Shown here: piece by piece, positions 33,201 through 41,184 of the stretch | How the letters are laid out: each line of letters begins with the position of its first letter | How positions within the stretch are numbered: the stretch's first letter is position 1 | Source: a virus | Taxonomy: Duplodnaviria > Caudoviricetes | Direction: 5' to 3' (one strand) | DNA: 49,177 nt | IMG/VR virus record: IMGVR_UViG_3300016654_000037 | Coordinates: 1-49,177 of that record | Translations under genes and position numbers: made by a program | Notes under the pieces: model-generated | Database searches by the model: none | What the model was told of the DNA's origin: nothing | The model's input: the letters and a program-made list of their open reading frames with translations, nothing else

Positions 33201-36200
33201 TTACGGGGTCGGTAGTGATCTTTGGTTGACCCTGAATAATTGTGATTGACCCTCCGGGGATAATTTCTGTTTTTGTCTGGGAGTTTGACTCCGTAGATAC
33301 TTTTGTAGAGTTGTCTAAAAATACAGGGTCACCGTTTCCAGTAACAGCTGAACCGGTGTTAATAACGTCGCTCAGTGTGCTGTCTGGCTTAGTTGTTTCT
33401 TTCCCTTGAAGCTGTGCTACTTGGTCTTCATTAAACGCACCAAGATCTACGGGTTGTCCTGATGTAATAGACGTTGTACCTGATGCGGCATCTAGCCCAA
33501 TGTTGTCAAAGATGCCTTTGTTTTGATTGATAAAGGTTATTGCTGTTGTTGGATTTAGTAAGGCTTGTAAATTCTTGCCTTCGGATGCGATAGTGTTGAG
33601 CAGTAAATTAGTCTGGGCCGTGTTTAAACCCGTTGCATCTTGAATTGTTTTGCTGATCGTTGGCGATACGCCTGCTATAAGCATTTGCGTAGGGTCTATT
33701 TCGCCTTTGGCTATAAGCTGTGTTACTGCATTCCCAACGGCTTTGTCTACTCCTGCGGGTAGGTTTAGATCACTTAACGTCGTGTTGATAGCGTTTGTAG
33801 CAAGCTGACCTATTACCGGCGCCACACCGCCAGTGATAAATCCTTTTTCAAAGCTTCCCCCGCCAGCCTCTGCCATAAGCCCCTGAACTGTGCCATTAAC
33901 AAGTACCGAAGCGGCATAAGGTGCTATTGTTGACGATACACCCGCTGCCATTAGATGCCCTGTTAGACCTGTCCCGGCGACCATTTCTCCACCTAGCGCA
34001 GCCAGTTCTACACCACCAACAGTAGTTCCAATTAACTCTGGAAGTATCTGTGGGGCAAACACTGCTGCCGCAAAAGCAAGCATCATTCCTATTTCTTGCT
34101 TGTCTGAAGTGTCCTCAAATGATGTTGAAAACACGGGCGCCCCAGATGCGTCTAACTTAACTTGATAGTTAGTCCCACCTTCTCCGGTATAGGTCGCGCC
34201 TAAATAAGGCGAAAATTCTTTGCCCGTGGCAGGGTCAATGTATTTAGTGACTGTGTAATCTATCGGGGAACCTTCTCCTTGAAATTGCTCAATGACTTCT
34301 GTGGGTTTGTACTTAGATATTTCTGAAACGTCTGTAATACCTTGTCTCATCAGCCCTCTTGCCATATCAAGAGCAACTTGATCAACAACCTTGGGACTCT
34401 TGCCTTCAGGGAATAGCTTGCTGGCTTCATCATAATTAAAGCCAACACTTTGTCCTTCTGTTTGGTATACGCCGCCGCTTGACGATTTCAAATCAAAATT
34501 TTGTTTGATTTGATCTGCCAATTTAAGCAACTGTGTAGCATCGTATTTGTTGCCCTGATAATCCGACACTTGAGTCCCGACAAGCGACTCTCTAAACGCT
34601 TGGGTGGTTGACACGTCTTGCAGTGTTTTAACAGCTTCTTCTTGTTTTTCTGGTGTGGCAATATACTTTGCAATTTCTGTGAACGGAATATTATTTTCTT
34701 TTGCAAACGAAAGAATTTCAGAGTAATCAAGTTTGTTGTCGCTAGCTTGTAATTGATTTAAACCTGTTGTAATAAACGCATCCCGCACTTGCGCCCGATA
34801 TGTATTTAAATCGGTTGACTTAATACCAAAGATGCGGTCCATGTCAGCATCTGACAGCTTCTCTGCCGTTTGGAAATCCACCACTTGTTGTGGCGTTAGA
34901 TTCGTAAGCCCTGAAGCTGCCTCCCGCCATTGACGTTCTTGTGGCGTGAATTTCTCCTCTGCTTTGAGTGATGTAACTAAGTCGCCTTTGTCTTCACCAA
35001 AATATCGTTTGACAAAATCATTAATATTCATCCCGGATGTGCTTATTTCATCCAAGATTTCATTTAAGGTTAAGCCGTCTTTTTGTTTATCGGTTAACGA
35101 TGACCGGATAGAAACATCCTGATCAAATGATTTAAGTGCGGCTATCGTGTCAGCTTCTTTCAGCCCTAAGAGGTCGTTTAAACCTGCTTCAGGATTAATG
35201 CCTTGTGTCCGTAAACTATTGGCAATCGTTCCAAGATTGCTTTGAACCAAGTCTTTAAATTCAGCTTCAGTTTTACCGTAAAATTTCGCAAGATTATCCA
35301 GTTCAATCCCGCGATCAATAGCCGTTGAAATAGCTTTCGGGAAATCAACCTGATTGGTCTTTGGATCTATTAGCCCAACAAAGATGGACCGATCCTTCTC
35401 AAAAACCAAGTTGTCTGTGGTTAGGGAAGGAAAGGTTGTTTTAAGTGCGTTAGCTACGTCGGTGTACGAAAGATTGTTCGCGTCTGCCCAATTGATAAGC
35501 TTGCCAACGTCTAAGGTGCTGGTTGTTTTTCCATCAGCCGTGGTTGTATTAATGAAACCTTTGGTTTGGTTTCTTATATCTTCAGCTTTAAGCTCATTTG
35601 CTGTTTGACTGATAATAACGTCAGCAACATCTGGGCGAATGCCTTGCTCTGTGGCAATCGCCCTAAGATCCGCAATCGTTGCACCATTAGAAAGTAAATT
35701 GGCGACCTTATCTTGAAAGACGTTCTGCATGGCTGATTCGTACTCAGCCATCGTTGTCGTTCTATTAAACGCCTTGTCTATTAGTGCGATTGTTTCTTGT
35801 GGAGACCATTTATTCAGTATTGATTCTGAAACAACCCTTTCAATTAGGGTGTCATCACTAGGGTTTCCAGCAATAATTTTTTGTTTAAAATCCTCGGCTT
35901 TTTTAGCAAAAGCTTTATCTGAAAGCTCTTGGGCGGCGCCTGTTAAAAAAGTTGCCCTTTCTTCTGGCGATATGACATCGCCAAACTGTGATGCGTATTG
36001 GCTTAGTTCTGATGCTGTTGGCGCTCTTCCTAGTATTTCTTGGTAAAGTGAACCTATCCCGGCCTCAGACCTTTCTTTAAACTCCGCAGCCTCTTTTGCC
36101 GGAGCATCATAATACCCATATTCTTTTTTAAGAGCGTCAAGATCTGTCTGTGTAACGCCATAATCCCGAAGTTGACCTTCAGTAACTTTTGCACCAACAA

Positions 36201-37254
36201 GCCAATCAACTTTGTCTTGCGTGTCAAGTTGAAACCAATTTTCTGGAAGATTAATACCAACAGCAGAAGCCTGATCTCTTTCTTTAGTCTCCTGCTCTCT
36301 TTGAGCGGTAGCAATTCTTTGCTGTTCAATTTGCTGCTCTAAAGCAATTCGCTGCGCTTCAGCCGCAGCTTCAATGTTTTTTTGATAAACATTTCTGTCG
36401 TTTTCCGACGAAAATACTGTTCCATCAGTTGCTGTAAATGTAGGCGCCGGTTGATTTAAATAACTGTTAACATCTTCAATACCTATATTAATTGCTTTTG
36501 ATATCTCTTCCCTGCTTACATTATTCTGAGCAGCAGCCGTGTTGATTTGTTGCGCTCTTTCATAATCCGTCAGCGCGGGGTTATTAAGAATGCCTGTGAT
36601 GTAATCACGAATAGCCGTCTGTCTAGCGGCTTCTTGTTCAGCGGCAACTCTTGCCGCTTCTTGTCTAATGGCTTCTTGTCTGGCTGCTTCTTCAGCCGCT
36701 AATCTTTGCCTTTCCTGTTCCTGTCGGATCTGCTCTTGTCGGATCTGTTCTTGACGGATTTGTTCCTGCCTGATAGCTTCTTGCCTAGCTGCTTCTTGTC
36801 TTGCTGCTTCTTCGGCTGCTAATCTCTGTCGTTCTTGTTCTTGTCTGATAGCCGCTTGTCTTGCAGCTTCTTGTTCAGCGGCTATGCGCTGTTGTTCAGC
36901 TATTCTTGCTGCTTCTTGTCTTGCAGCCTCCTGTCTGGCCGCTTCTTGTGCCGCCTCTATTGCGGCACGTTCTGCCGCATAGTCGTAGACAGGCTCGGGT
37001 TCGTAATAAACCGGTGGTGGAGGCTCATAAACCGGTGGAGGGGGTGGTTCGTAAACCGGGGCAGGAGGTTCCGGCGCCCCAAGATATGCGTTTACAACCT
37101 CTTGGCTGTAACCTGTCGCCTGTGATATTTGCTCATTGCTTACACCATAAGCCTCTGCCGCAGCATTGATTGTTGCTGCCTTGTCGGCATCAGACATGTC
37201 AAGTGATAAAACATATTCAACATATGCCCTAACATCTTCATTTGAAACAGCCAT
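30220..37254 (-). CDS. Giant repeat-rich protein (2344 aa), putative virion cargo / ejection protein
   Basis: Uninterrupted 7-kb ORF with ATGA overlap. Pro/Tyr, EAARQ, QEQIR and PQ repeats, LYQEILGRAP (DUF4214-like), hydrophobic Gly-rich stretch. Confidence 0.8.
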   Translation of the reverse strand: MAVSNEDVRAYVEYVLSLDMSDADKAATINAAAEAYGVSNEQISQATGYSQEVVNAYLGAPEPPAPVYEPPPPPVYEPPPPVYYEPEPVYDYAAERAAIEAAQEAARQEAARQEAARIAEQQRIAAEQEAARQAAIRQEQERQRLAAEEAARQEAARQEAIRQEQIRQEQIRQEQIRQEQERQRLAAEEAARQEAIRQEAARVAAEQEAARQTAIRDYITGILNNPALTDYERAQQINTAAAQNNVSREEISKAINIGIEDVNSYLNQPAPTFTATDGTVFSSENDRNVYQKNIEAAAEAQRIALEQQIEQQRIATAQREQETKERDQASAVGINLPENWFQLDTQDKVDWLVGAKVTEGQLRDYGVTQTDLDALKKEYGYYDAPAKEAAEFKERSEAGIGSLYQEILGRAPTASELSQYASQFGDVISPEERATFLTGAAQELSDKAFAKKAEDFKQKIIAGNPSDDTLIERVVSESILNKWSPQETIALIDKAFNRTTTMAEYESAMQNVFQDKVANLLSNGATIADLRAIATEQGIRPDVADVIISQTANELKAEDIRNQTKGFINTTTADGKTTSTLDVGKLINWADANNLSYTDVANALKTTFPSLTTDNLVFEKDRSIFVGLIDPKTNQVDFPKAISTAIDRGIELDNLAKFYGKTEAEFKDLVQSNLGTIANSLRTQGINPEAGLNDLLGLKEADTIAALKSFDQDVSIRSSLTDKQKDGLTLNEILDEISTSGMNINDFVKRYFGEDKGDLVTSLKAEEKFTPQERQWREAASGLTNLTPQQVVDFQTAEKLSDADMDRIFGIKSTDLNTYRAQVRDAFITTGLNQLQASDNKLDYSEILSFAKENNIPFTEIAKYIATPEKQEEAVKTLQDVSTTQAFRESLVGTQVSDYQGNKYDATQLLKLADQIKQNFDLKSSSGGVYQTEGQSVGFNYDEASKLFPEGKSPKVVDQVALDMARGLMRQGITDVSEISKYKPTEVIEQFQGEGSPIDYTVTKYIDPATGKEFSPYLGATYTGEGGTNYQVKLDASGAPVFSTSFEDTSDKQEIGMMLAFAAAVFAPQILPELIGTTVGGVELAALGGEMVAGTGLTGHLMAAGVSSTIAPYAASVLVNGTVQGLMAEAGGGSFEKGFITGGVAPVIGQLATNAINTTLSDLNLPAGVDKAVGNAVTQLIAKGEIDPTQMLIAGVSPTISKTIQDATGLNTAQTNLLLNTIASEGKNLQALLNPTTAITFINQNKGIFDNIGLDAASGTTSITSGQPVDLGAFNEDQVAQLQGKETTKPDSTLSDVINTGSAVTGNGDPVFLDNSTKVSTESNSQTKTEIIPGGSITIIQGQPKITTDPVTGEAVITSEDAAYVPVLEYYKGPNGTIYTRDLRNDTITQYLPQGQGEEVLGGQLILDENSKNLGTVVSGLPPGATFYKTAYTSDITAGSTVGASLPKSGDEYILTESVDSRVNRPAYLTTTDLPDGTKQVINNITGDRVILDADGNVAQEFLGKYSKLNNFVNSLTGTAQVGIAGLGKNYAGAVQQAALKFDIDAPGVQKLIDFFQDVETRGGVMRPEFVNQSREKFIQDAYKDIQAAADKSETGQPSMADQYEAIKNAIKNNPVGAFTLFGEELVQNPEILLLGPARLVGAFILNVAESSGAQALQKANELKQADIRAGNTLKTDKEYAKLAASDAGIAAVVTGAISMIPGLGGPVAKTIKEMTSEYLEEFTIAKMTGKSDAEAATNGAVGAWLGGKVAATSELGNAAQQYTAGKIGVQPVPEVAIGASKVPDARLEVVGKRPSLPDGINIEPPSLPTGIVAEPVKPEDAISQIINNTGIVSTLPSDQGVTSPVVTSTEVPLKQIPLGDGASSPIVDYNQRKIVLVDVDGQQIPFYLSTGLAGKEGVPSGQWYPFFGISQQYDQNGNPIASTWINKGSEQEMASYYGSPTLAEIGKKLDESIGDIRFQDTLDGKPIPSISGQALDSPSISAINDGLTPARVVNTPQGMVVISSDAGNLDKSINAVRQIVMPTDNQKFVVDGAIQKIQNGQITTPEKLNDVLQQFVDNGTLKSDQLPAVIGAINQATNISAAVPPATGIVSTLPPSAGTPTGIGIVSTSPETKPVTQPEAQPEIIAQPGTGNQPDIVVQPEVVTQPDIQQQQQQQQQTQQQQTQQQQPQPVVQPQPEVKPEVQPVVQPQPEVKPETQPVVQPEIRPEVDQKPFIDVEPPKPVAETPTVKPGEFVFSPVDQQIINTIIGTPIYQPTPTTTPTTTPTITTPTTTPVKPVTVPKVPTIPFFPFIPIPSGQQTGETDYGQPEPMPFDAYGIFNLPPPEYTRSYGPLADVGIMSGATK
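30640..30910 (-). repeat. Pro/Gln/Val linker repeats including an exact 33-nt duplication and poly-Q
   Basis: ttaacttctggttgtggttggacaacaggttga at 30674-30706 and 30716-30748; QQQQQQQQ run. Confidence 0.85.
36620..37075 (-). repeat. EAARQ / QEQIR coiled-coil repeats and PVYEPPPP repeats
   Basis: Seen in the translation. The DNA units carry synonymous variation. Confidence 0.85.
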
Positions 37255-37267
37255 GTCTTCTGCCGTG

Positions 37268-37648
37268 TTAGCACGAATAACTACCGCCAGCCTTCATCTT
37301 AACCATCTTGCCTTTGGTCTTGCCTTTCATAGCAACCCCATTGATTGAAGGCGCAGCAGTCTTAACAGCACCCATCTTGGACTGCATGACTGAGCCACCT
37401 TTCTTCATACCCTTCATCTCAGCCATTTCATGCTTGATCATGGCTTTAGGGGCTTTCTTGGCTTTCATGAATGCAACTTCTTTCTTCATCATGCCCATCG
37501 GCTCACCGCCTGCTTTGTAACCTTTCATGGCTTTTTGCTCCGCTATTCCGATTGCAATTGCTTGCTTGGGGTTGGTAACTTTTTGTCCAGAGGAAGACTT
37601 AAGTTTGCCTTCCTTGAACTCTCTCATGACTTTTCCGACCTTGTCCAT
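37268..37648 (-). CDS. Small basic Lys/Met-rich GG-motif protein
   Basis: KVMREFKEGKLKSSSG...KQAIAI (DUF6496-like). YKAGG, MKKGG, MKAGG. GVAMKGKTKG. Confidence 0.75.
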   Translation of the reverse strand: MDKVGKVMREFKEGKLKSSSGQKVTNPKQAIAIGIAEQKAMKGYKAGGEPMGMMKKEVAFMKAKKAPKAMIKHEMAEMKGMKKGGSVMQSKMGAVKTAAPSINGVAMKGKTKGKMVKMKAGGSYSC

Positions 37649-38619
37649 CAGATGTACTTCCCTCTAGTTTTGCCGCGAATAGCAATACCATCAGCGCGTT
37701 TAGATGCGCTAGATACAGACCCGCCTGACTTATATTTTTTTACCTTGCCGCCTTTTCTCATATAGTCAGAACCCATTCTCTCAATATCTAATTCATCCCT
37801 TGTTGGACGACGCGCACCGGGATCAGTACCACCACCTCGGGGAGGCGCCTTTGGAGTAATAACACCTTCGCCTCTTTGATTTTGAAGCATACTGCGCCTG
37901 CCAGCATATTGAACAGGCCCCATGTCTTTAGTTAAATTTTCGCCTACATTCTTAGCACGGCCTAACATCCCAGCAGCGGCTGGGGCTTCTCTTGCGGCCA
38001 TCTTTCCTGCAAGACCAGCGCCTAGTGCTTTAAGCCCGCGAAGCGCAGGACCGCCCAATAAGTTCATCTCTGGATTAACTCTTTCTAGAGGCTTATCAGT
38101 GGCTTGAAGTCTACTAAGATTTCTTCTTCTTTCATCTTCTGCAAACTTCCTGCGCCCCTCTTCAAACTGTTCAGCAGTCATACCAGAACCACCGCGACCA
38201 CTAGAAACAACAGGCTTGGTTGGTTTAACTACGGCAGGTTTTGTCGGAGGTTTTGCTGAGGCTATAGGCTTACGATTCCCTATCCCCGGCGCATAATCAA
38301 GACCGGATTGAGCGTCATATTCTGACCTAACAGGCTGTGCAGGCTTTCTCATCGTATCAAGCATAGCCCGTGCTGCACGACCTTCTTCTGCTTCAGCAGC
38401 CTCAATACCACCCATAGTCGCTGCACGATCCGTTTTCATGCGTATGCTTTGCATGTCCGGAGTACCCATAGATCTTGCACGACCCGGAGAACTTCCTGAC
38501 ATAACAGGCTCTCCGCTGCTGTCTCTTACAATCTCGCCACTTGAATCTCTTAACGGTTCGCGCTCAAAGTCAGCAAGAAAGCCGCCTTCGTCATAACGCT
38601 TTACTTTACGTTTTTTCAT
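37648..38619 (-). CDS. Basic low-complexity GG-motif protein
   Basis: Start MKKRKVKRYDEGG at 38619 (ATGA overlap). Ends MRKGGKVKKYKSGGSVSSASKRADGIAIRGKTRG. Confidence 0.75.
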   Translation of the reverse strand: MKKRKVKRYDEGGFLADFEREPLRDSSGEIVRDSSGEPVMSGSSPGRARSMGTPDMQSIRMKTDRAATMGGIEAAEAEEGRAARAMLDTMRKPAQPVRSEYDAQSGLDYAPGIGNRKPIASAKPPTKPAVVKPTKPVVSSGRGGSGMTAEQFEEGRRKFAEDERRRNLSRLQATDKPLERVNPEMNLLGGPALRGLKALGAGLAGKMAAREAPAAAGMLGRAKNVGENLTKDMGPVQYAGRRSMLQNQRGEGVITPKAPPRGGGTDPGARRPTRDELDIERMGSDYMRKGGKVKKYKSGGSVSSASKRADGIAIRGKTRGKYI

Positions 38620-38879
38620 TTCATCACCACCTGTTTGGCTTTGGTATGGCCTTTGGTTACACATCCGTCAGCTTTACGGACAAAACCACCTGACTTAAAC
38701 ATACGGCCAAGATTAGGACGCTTATCCATCTCACGAAGCTTTTTGTCTTCCACTTCTTGTTGCATAGCACCCTTTTCTTTCTGAGTGGGTACCATATCAA
38801 AGTTGGGGTTATATGCACTGTCGCCATGATAACCACGACCTTGGCGGGGGTCATCTTTATTCATTCGGGCCATGATCAT
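38616..38879 (-). CDS. Small GG-motif protein
   Basis: Ends FKSGGFVRKADGCVTKGHTK. Confidence 0.7.
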   Translation of the reverse strand: MIMARMNKDDPRQGRGYHGDSAYNPNFDMVPTQKEKGAMQQEVEDKKLREMDKRPNLGRMFKSGGFVRKADGCVTKGHTKAKQVVMK

Positions 38880-39127
38880 CCTTTCTTTGCGAGGGCATCA
38901 ATCTTTGCTTCAAGCCTTTCAAAGCCTGAGTCAAACCGTTCCATGATTTTTTCAAGATCTGCACGAACTTCTGCACGAGTAATGTGATCACGGGCAATTT
39001 CCTCCCGGGTTCTATTCAATAAGATCTGGATGCGCTTCTGTTCATCAGACGCTTGTTTAAGCATGAACATCACCAGACCCACAAAGAATGATGTGACTAA
39101 ATTCCAAACAAGCGTACTGGTTTCCAT
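38876..39127 (-). CDS. Small membrane-anchored coiled-coil protein
   Basis: N-terminal TM segment, then ILLNRTREEIARD...RLEAKID. Confidence 0.7.
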   Translation of the reverse strand: METSTLVWNLVTSFFVGLVMFMLKQASDEQKRIQILLNRTREEIARDHITRAEVRADLEKIMERFDSGFERLEAKIDALAKKG

Positions 39128-39382
39128 TTAGCACTTCCATGCCCTTAAGCTTTTATTGATTCGGCTATTTGGATCGTTAGCGGTTTTGGCTGAAGTCAGT
39201 TTCTTTTTCATGCCTTCCATACGCGCACAAAAGGATTTCTTTCTTGCGCCGCCTTCTGGTTGCGGCGGCTTTAATCCCGGTTTTCCGGGATTGGCTGCAT
39301 TATAAGAAGCCCTGCCTTTAGCGTTTAAACCACCTTTTGGGTTTTTACCCTCTTTGCGTTGCCACGCCGGAGACTTAGCCAT
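39128..39382 (-). CDS. DUF6321-like basic protein
   Basis: MAKSPAWQRKEGKNPKGGLNAKGRASY...KSFCARM...SLRAWKC. Start at 39382. Confidence 0.75.
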   Translation of the reverse strand: MAKSPAWQRKEGKNPKGGLNAKGRASYNAANPGKPGLKPPQPEGGARKKSFCARMEGMKKKLTSAKTANDPNSRINKSLRAWKC

Positions 39383-39890
39383 AATAGATCTGCGTCGCGG
39401 CAATATTACTGGCGTAAGCATAGACGCCCGTTTGGGCCTTTACACCTTCGCCGGGGATAAGCGGAGCATTTTGAAAGACATCAGTGGTGTCACACTCATA
39501 AGTCAATAACCAGCGCCCGACAGCATATACCGCTGCTGGCGATCCAGTGATTGTTCCAGTGTTAATGTCTGTCAGGGTAAACGTATCGGCATCAACCCGT
39601 GTGATCGTATACGTTCCATCCGTTGCCGTGCCGCCTGTGCCAGTAGCAAAGTGAATACCAATGACATTGCCTGTGATTAAGCCATGTGCCGTTTTGGTTA
39701 CAGTCACCGTCGTACCTGAACGGCCATAAGTCACACTTGCAGATACCGCTGCCGCAGATGTATCAAACAGAACCAAAGTACCGGCGCTTCCACTGCCATA
39801 AAACGAAACACCTTTAACACGGACCGGACTCTTAACTAAGAAGCCCGATCCATTGAGGTGCGCCTGTTTAACATCGGTTTGCATCCCCAT
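39375..39890 (-). CDS. Virion structural protein
   Basis: MQTDVK...IPGEGV...YYG with an inserted TVTKTAHGL beta repeat. Confidence 0.7.
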   Translation of the reverse strand: MGMQTDVKQAHLNGSGFLVKSPVRVKGVSFYGSGSAGTLVLFDTSAAAVSASVTYGRSGTTVTVTKTAHGLITGNVIGIHFATGTGGTATDGTYTITRVDADTFTLTDINTGTITGSPAAVYAVGRWLLTYECDTTDVFQNAPLIPGEGVKAQTGVYAYASNIAATQIYYG

Positions 39891-39902
39891 GATGCGCCCC
39901 TA

Positions 39903-40442
39903 TTAAGACGTTGCAAACGGTGTGGCAGGAGAACCCGTGCAATTGATTAAGCCGGTCACCATATACTTCAGCGCCGCAACCGCAACAATCTGCACCCATG
40001 TGCCTGCAACGCCACCAGTTGTCGTGCCATTTAGATTGATAAAGTCATCGTTTGCACCAGCAGTAAATCCTGCCATGGCGCCCGATGAGTCTGTGTCTAC
40101 ACTTGCAATAGATCCAACAAACCGGTCTGTTCCGTCTGTGCCAATCTTTAGCGAAGACGTGGAGATTGTCGTTGGAACCCAGATGGTGTAAACAACGCCT
40201 TCGTTATTGGCTGTATTGGGGTTGTTGCCCGGGCCAGACGAAGATACGTTAGCTGATGTATTAATTGCAGGAAGCGTAAGAACCACGTTAGCTGCTAGTG
40301 AACCACCAACAGAAATAATCCTGCCGCCATGAGCCAGCGGGGTAAGTGTGGTGCTTGCTGTGATTTCTACAATGGTGGACGGACCTTGCTGATAAATGCC
40401 GCCCAGTGAACGGATAGGACCATCAAAGGTAGTGATTGCCAT
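39903..40442 (-). CDS. Virion structural protein (capsid fibre / decoration-like)
   Basis: MAITTFDGPIRS N-terminus, LNGTTTGG...ATPFA C-terminus, GGAG RBS. Confidence 0.75.
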   Translation of the reverse strand: MAITTFDGPIRSLGGIYQQGPSTIVEITASTTLTPLAHGGRIISVGGSLAANVVLTLPAINTSANVSSSGPGNNPNTANNEGVVYTIWVPTTISTSSLKIGTDGTDRFVGSIASVDTDSSGAMAGFTAGANDDFINLNGTTTGGVAGTWVQIVAVAALKYMVTGLINCTGSPATPFATS

Positions 40443-40522
40443 AATAACTCCGAGTAGTAGCTCATCCCCATACCGTCTCTACTAAGTCTGCTAGGCCAGT
40501 CGGTACAGGTAAAAATCCTAGT
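40443..40522 (-). ncRNA. Candidate structured cis-regulatory RNA (double pseudoknot) in the 5' UTR of 39903..40442
   Basis: Three crossing helices: CUAGG/CCUAG, CCUGUACCG/CGGUAUGGG and UAGUAG/CUACUA. Lies between a promoter and an RBS. Confidence 0.6.
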
Positions 40523-40527
40523 GCCTC

Positions 40528-40556
40528 TTTGTATCAGTTTAAACGCTAGGTGTCAA
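40528..40556 (-). promoter_or_regulatory. Sigma70-type promoter
   Basis: TTGACA (40556-40551), 17-nt spacer, TGa-TACAAA extended -10 (hexamer 40533-40528). Confidence 0.65.
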
Positions 40557-41136
40557 TGAGCTTATTGGATTTGCGTAGGTTTTCTTCCTGCGTCATAACA
40601 CGAAGATTCCATGGAACATGAAGGCCGCAAACAATATCTGACCGCAAAGGAATAATATGGTCAACGACATACTGCTCTCCTGTGGTCTGAGTCATGGTGA
40701 TTGCAATTTGATAAAGCTGCCGAATCTCCGATTTATGTTTTCTAGAAAGCCATTTTGGTGTCGCCTCTCTATGTTTCCTTCTTCTTGCTTTTGTATCAGC
40801 TCTTACTTGAAGTTTATTGTTTAGCTTCCATGCGTTTCTATATTGACGCAAAATTTCTGGCGGTCTAATAGCGGCAGCTTGAATAACCTGTTCTTTGTTA
40901 GCTTCATACCATTCATTCTTTCTGTCTTTAACATCCTCGCGTTTGTTGTACTCACGGAAGTAATCACTACGCTTTTCAGCAGCTTGCTGCCATTCCACTT
41001 TCAAACACTCAATACACGCACCCTTGGTCTTGCGTGGAGCTAAGTGTCCATGTTTGCATGGCTCCCCCGTGAAGTAATACTTAGCACCTTTGTTTTGCGC
41101 TTCTTTGCGAGTTTTAGGTAGGCTTGTGGTATCCAT
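40546..41136 (-). CDS. Freestanding HNH endonuclease
   Basis: YFTGEPCKHGH...CIEC N-terminus. VDHIIPLRSDIVCGLHVPWNLRVMTQEENLRKSN. Confidence 0.88.
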   Translation of the reverse strand: MDTTSLPKTRKEAQNKGAKYYFTGEPCKHGHLAPRKTKGACIECLKVEWQQAAEKRSDYFREYNKREDVKDRKNEWYEANKEQVIQAAAIRPPEILRQYRNAWKLNNKLQVRADTKARRRKHREATPKWLSRKHKSEIRQLYQIAITMTQTTGEQYVVDHIIPLRSDIVCGLHVPWNLRVMTQEENLRKSNKLIDT

Positions 41137-41141
41137 TTCAT

Positions 41142-41174
41142 CTCCTGTGACTTAGTAACAGGGAATATACCACA
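41142..41174 (-). promoter_or_regulatory. Extended -10 promoter plus RBS-sequestering hairpin of the HNH gene
   Basis: Minus strand TGTGG-TATATT, followed by CCUGU-UACUAAGUC-ACAGG overlapping the AGGAG RBS. Confidence 0.5.
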
Positions 41175-41184
41175 ACAAGATTAG

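Noticed and set aside
36620-36965. Regularly repeated DNA units as a possible CRISPR-like array
   Set aside because: The units are in-frame codon repeats with synonymous variation and no unique spacers.
40443-40522. Assignment of the leader RNA to hammerhead, HDV-like or tRNA classes
   Set aside because: No CUGAnGA/GAAA core, no room for HDV P3/L3 between helices b and a', and no cloverleaf. Left unassigned.
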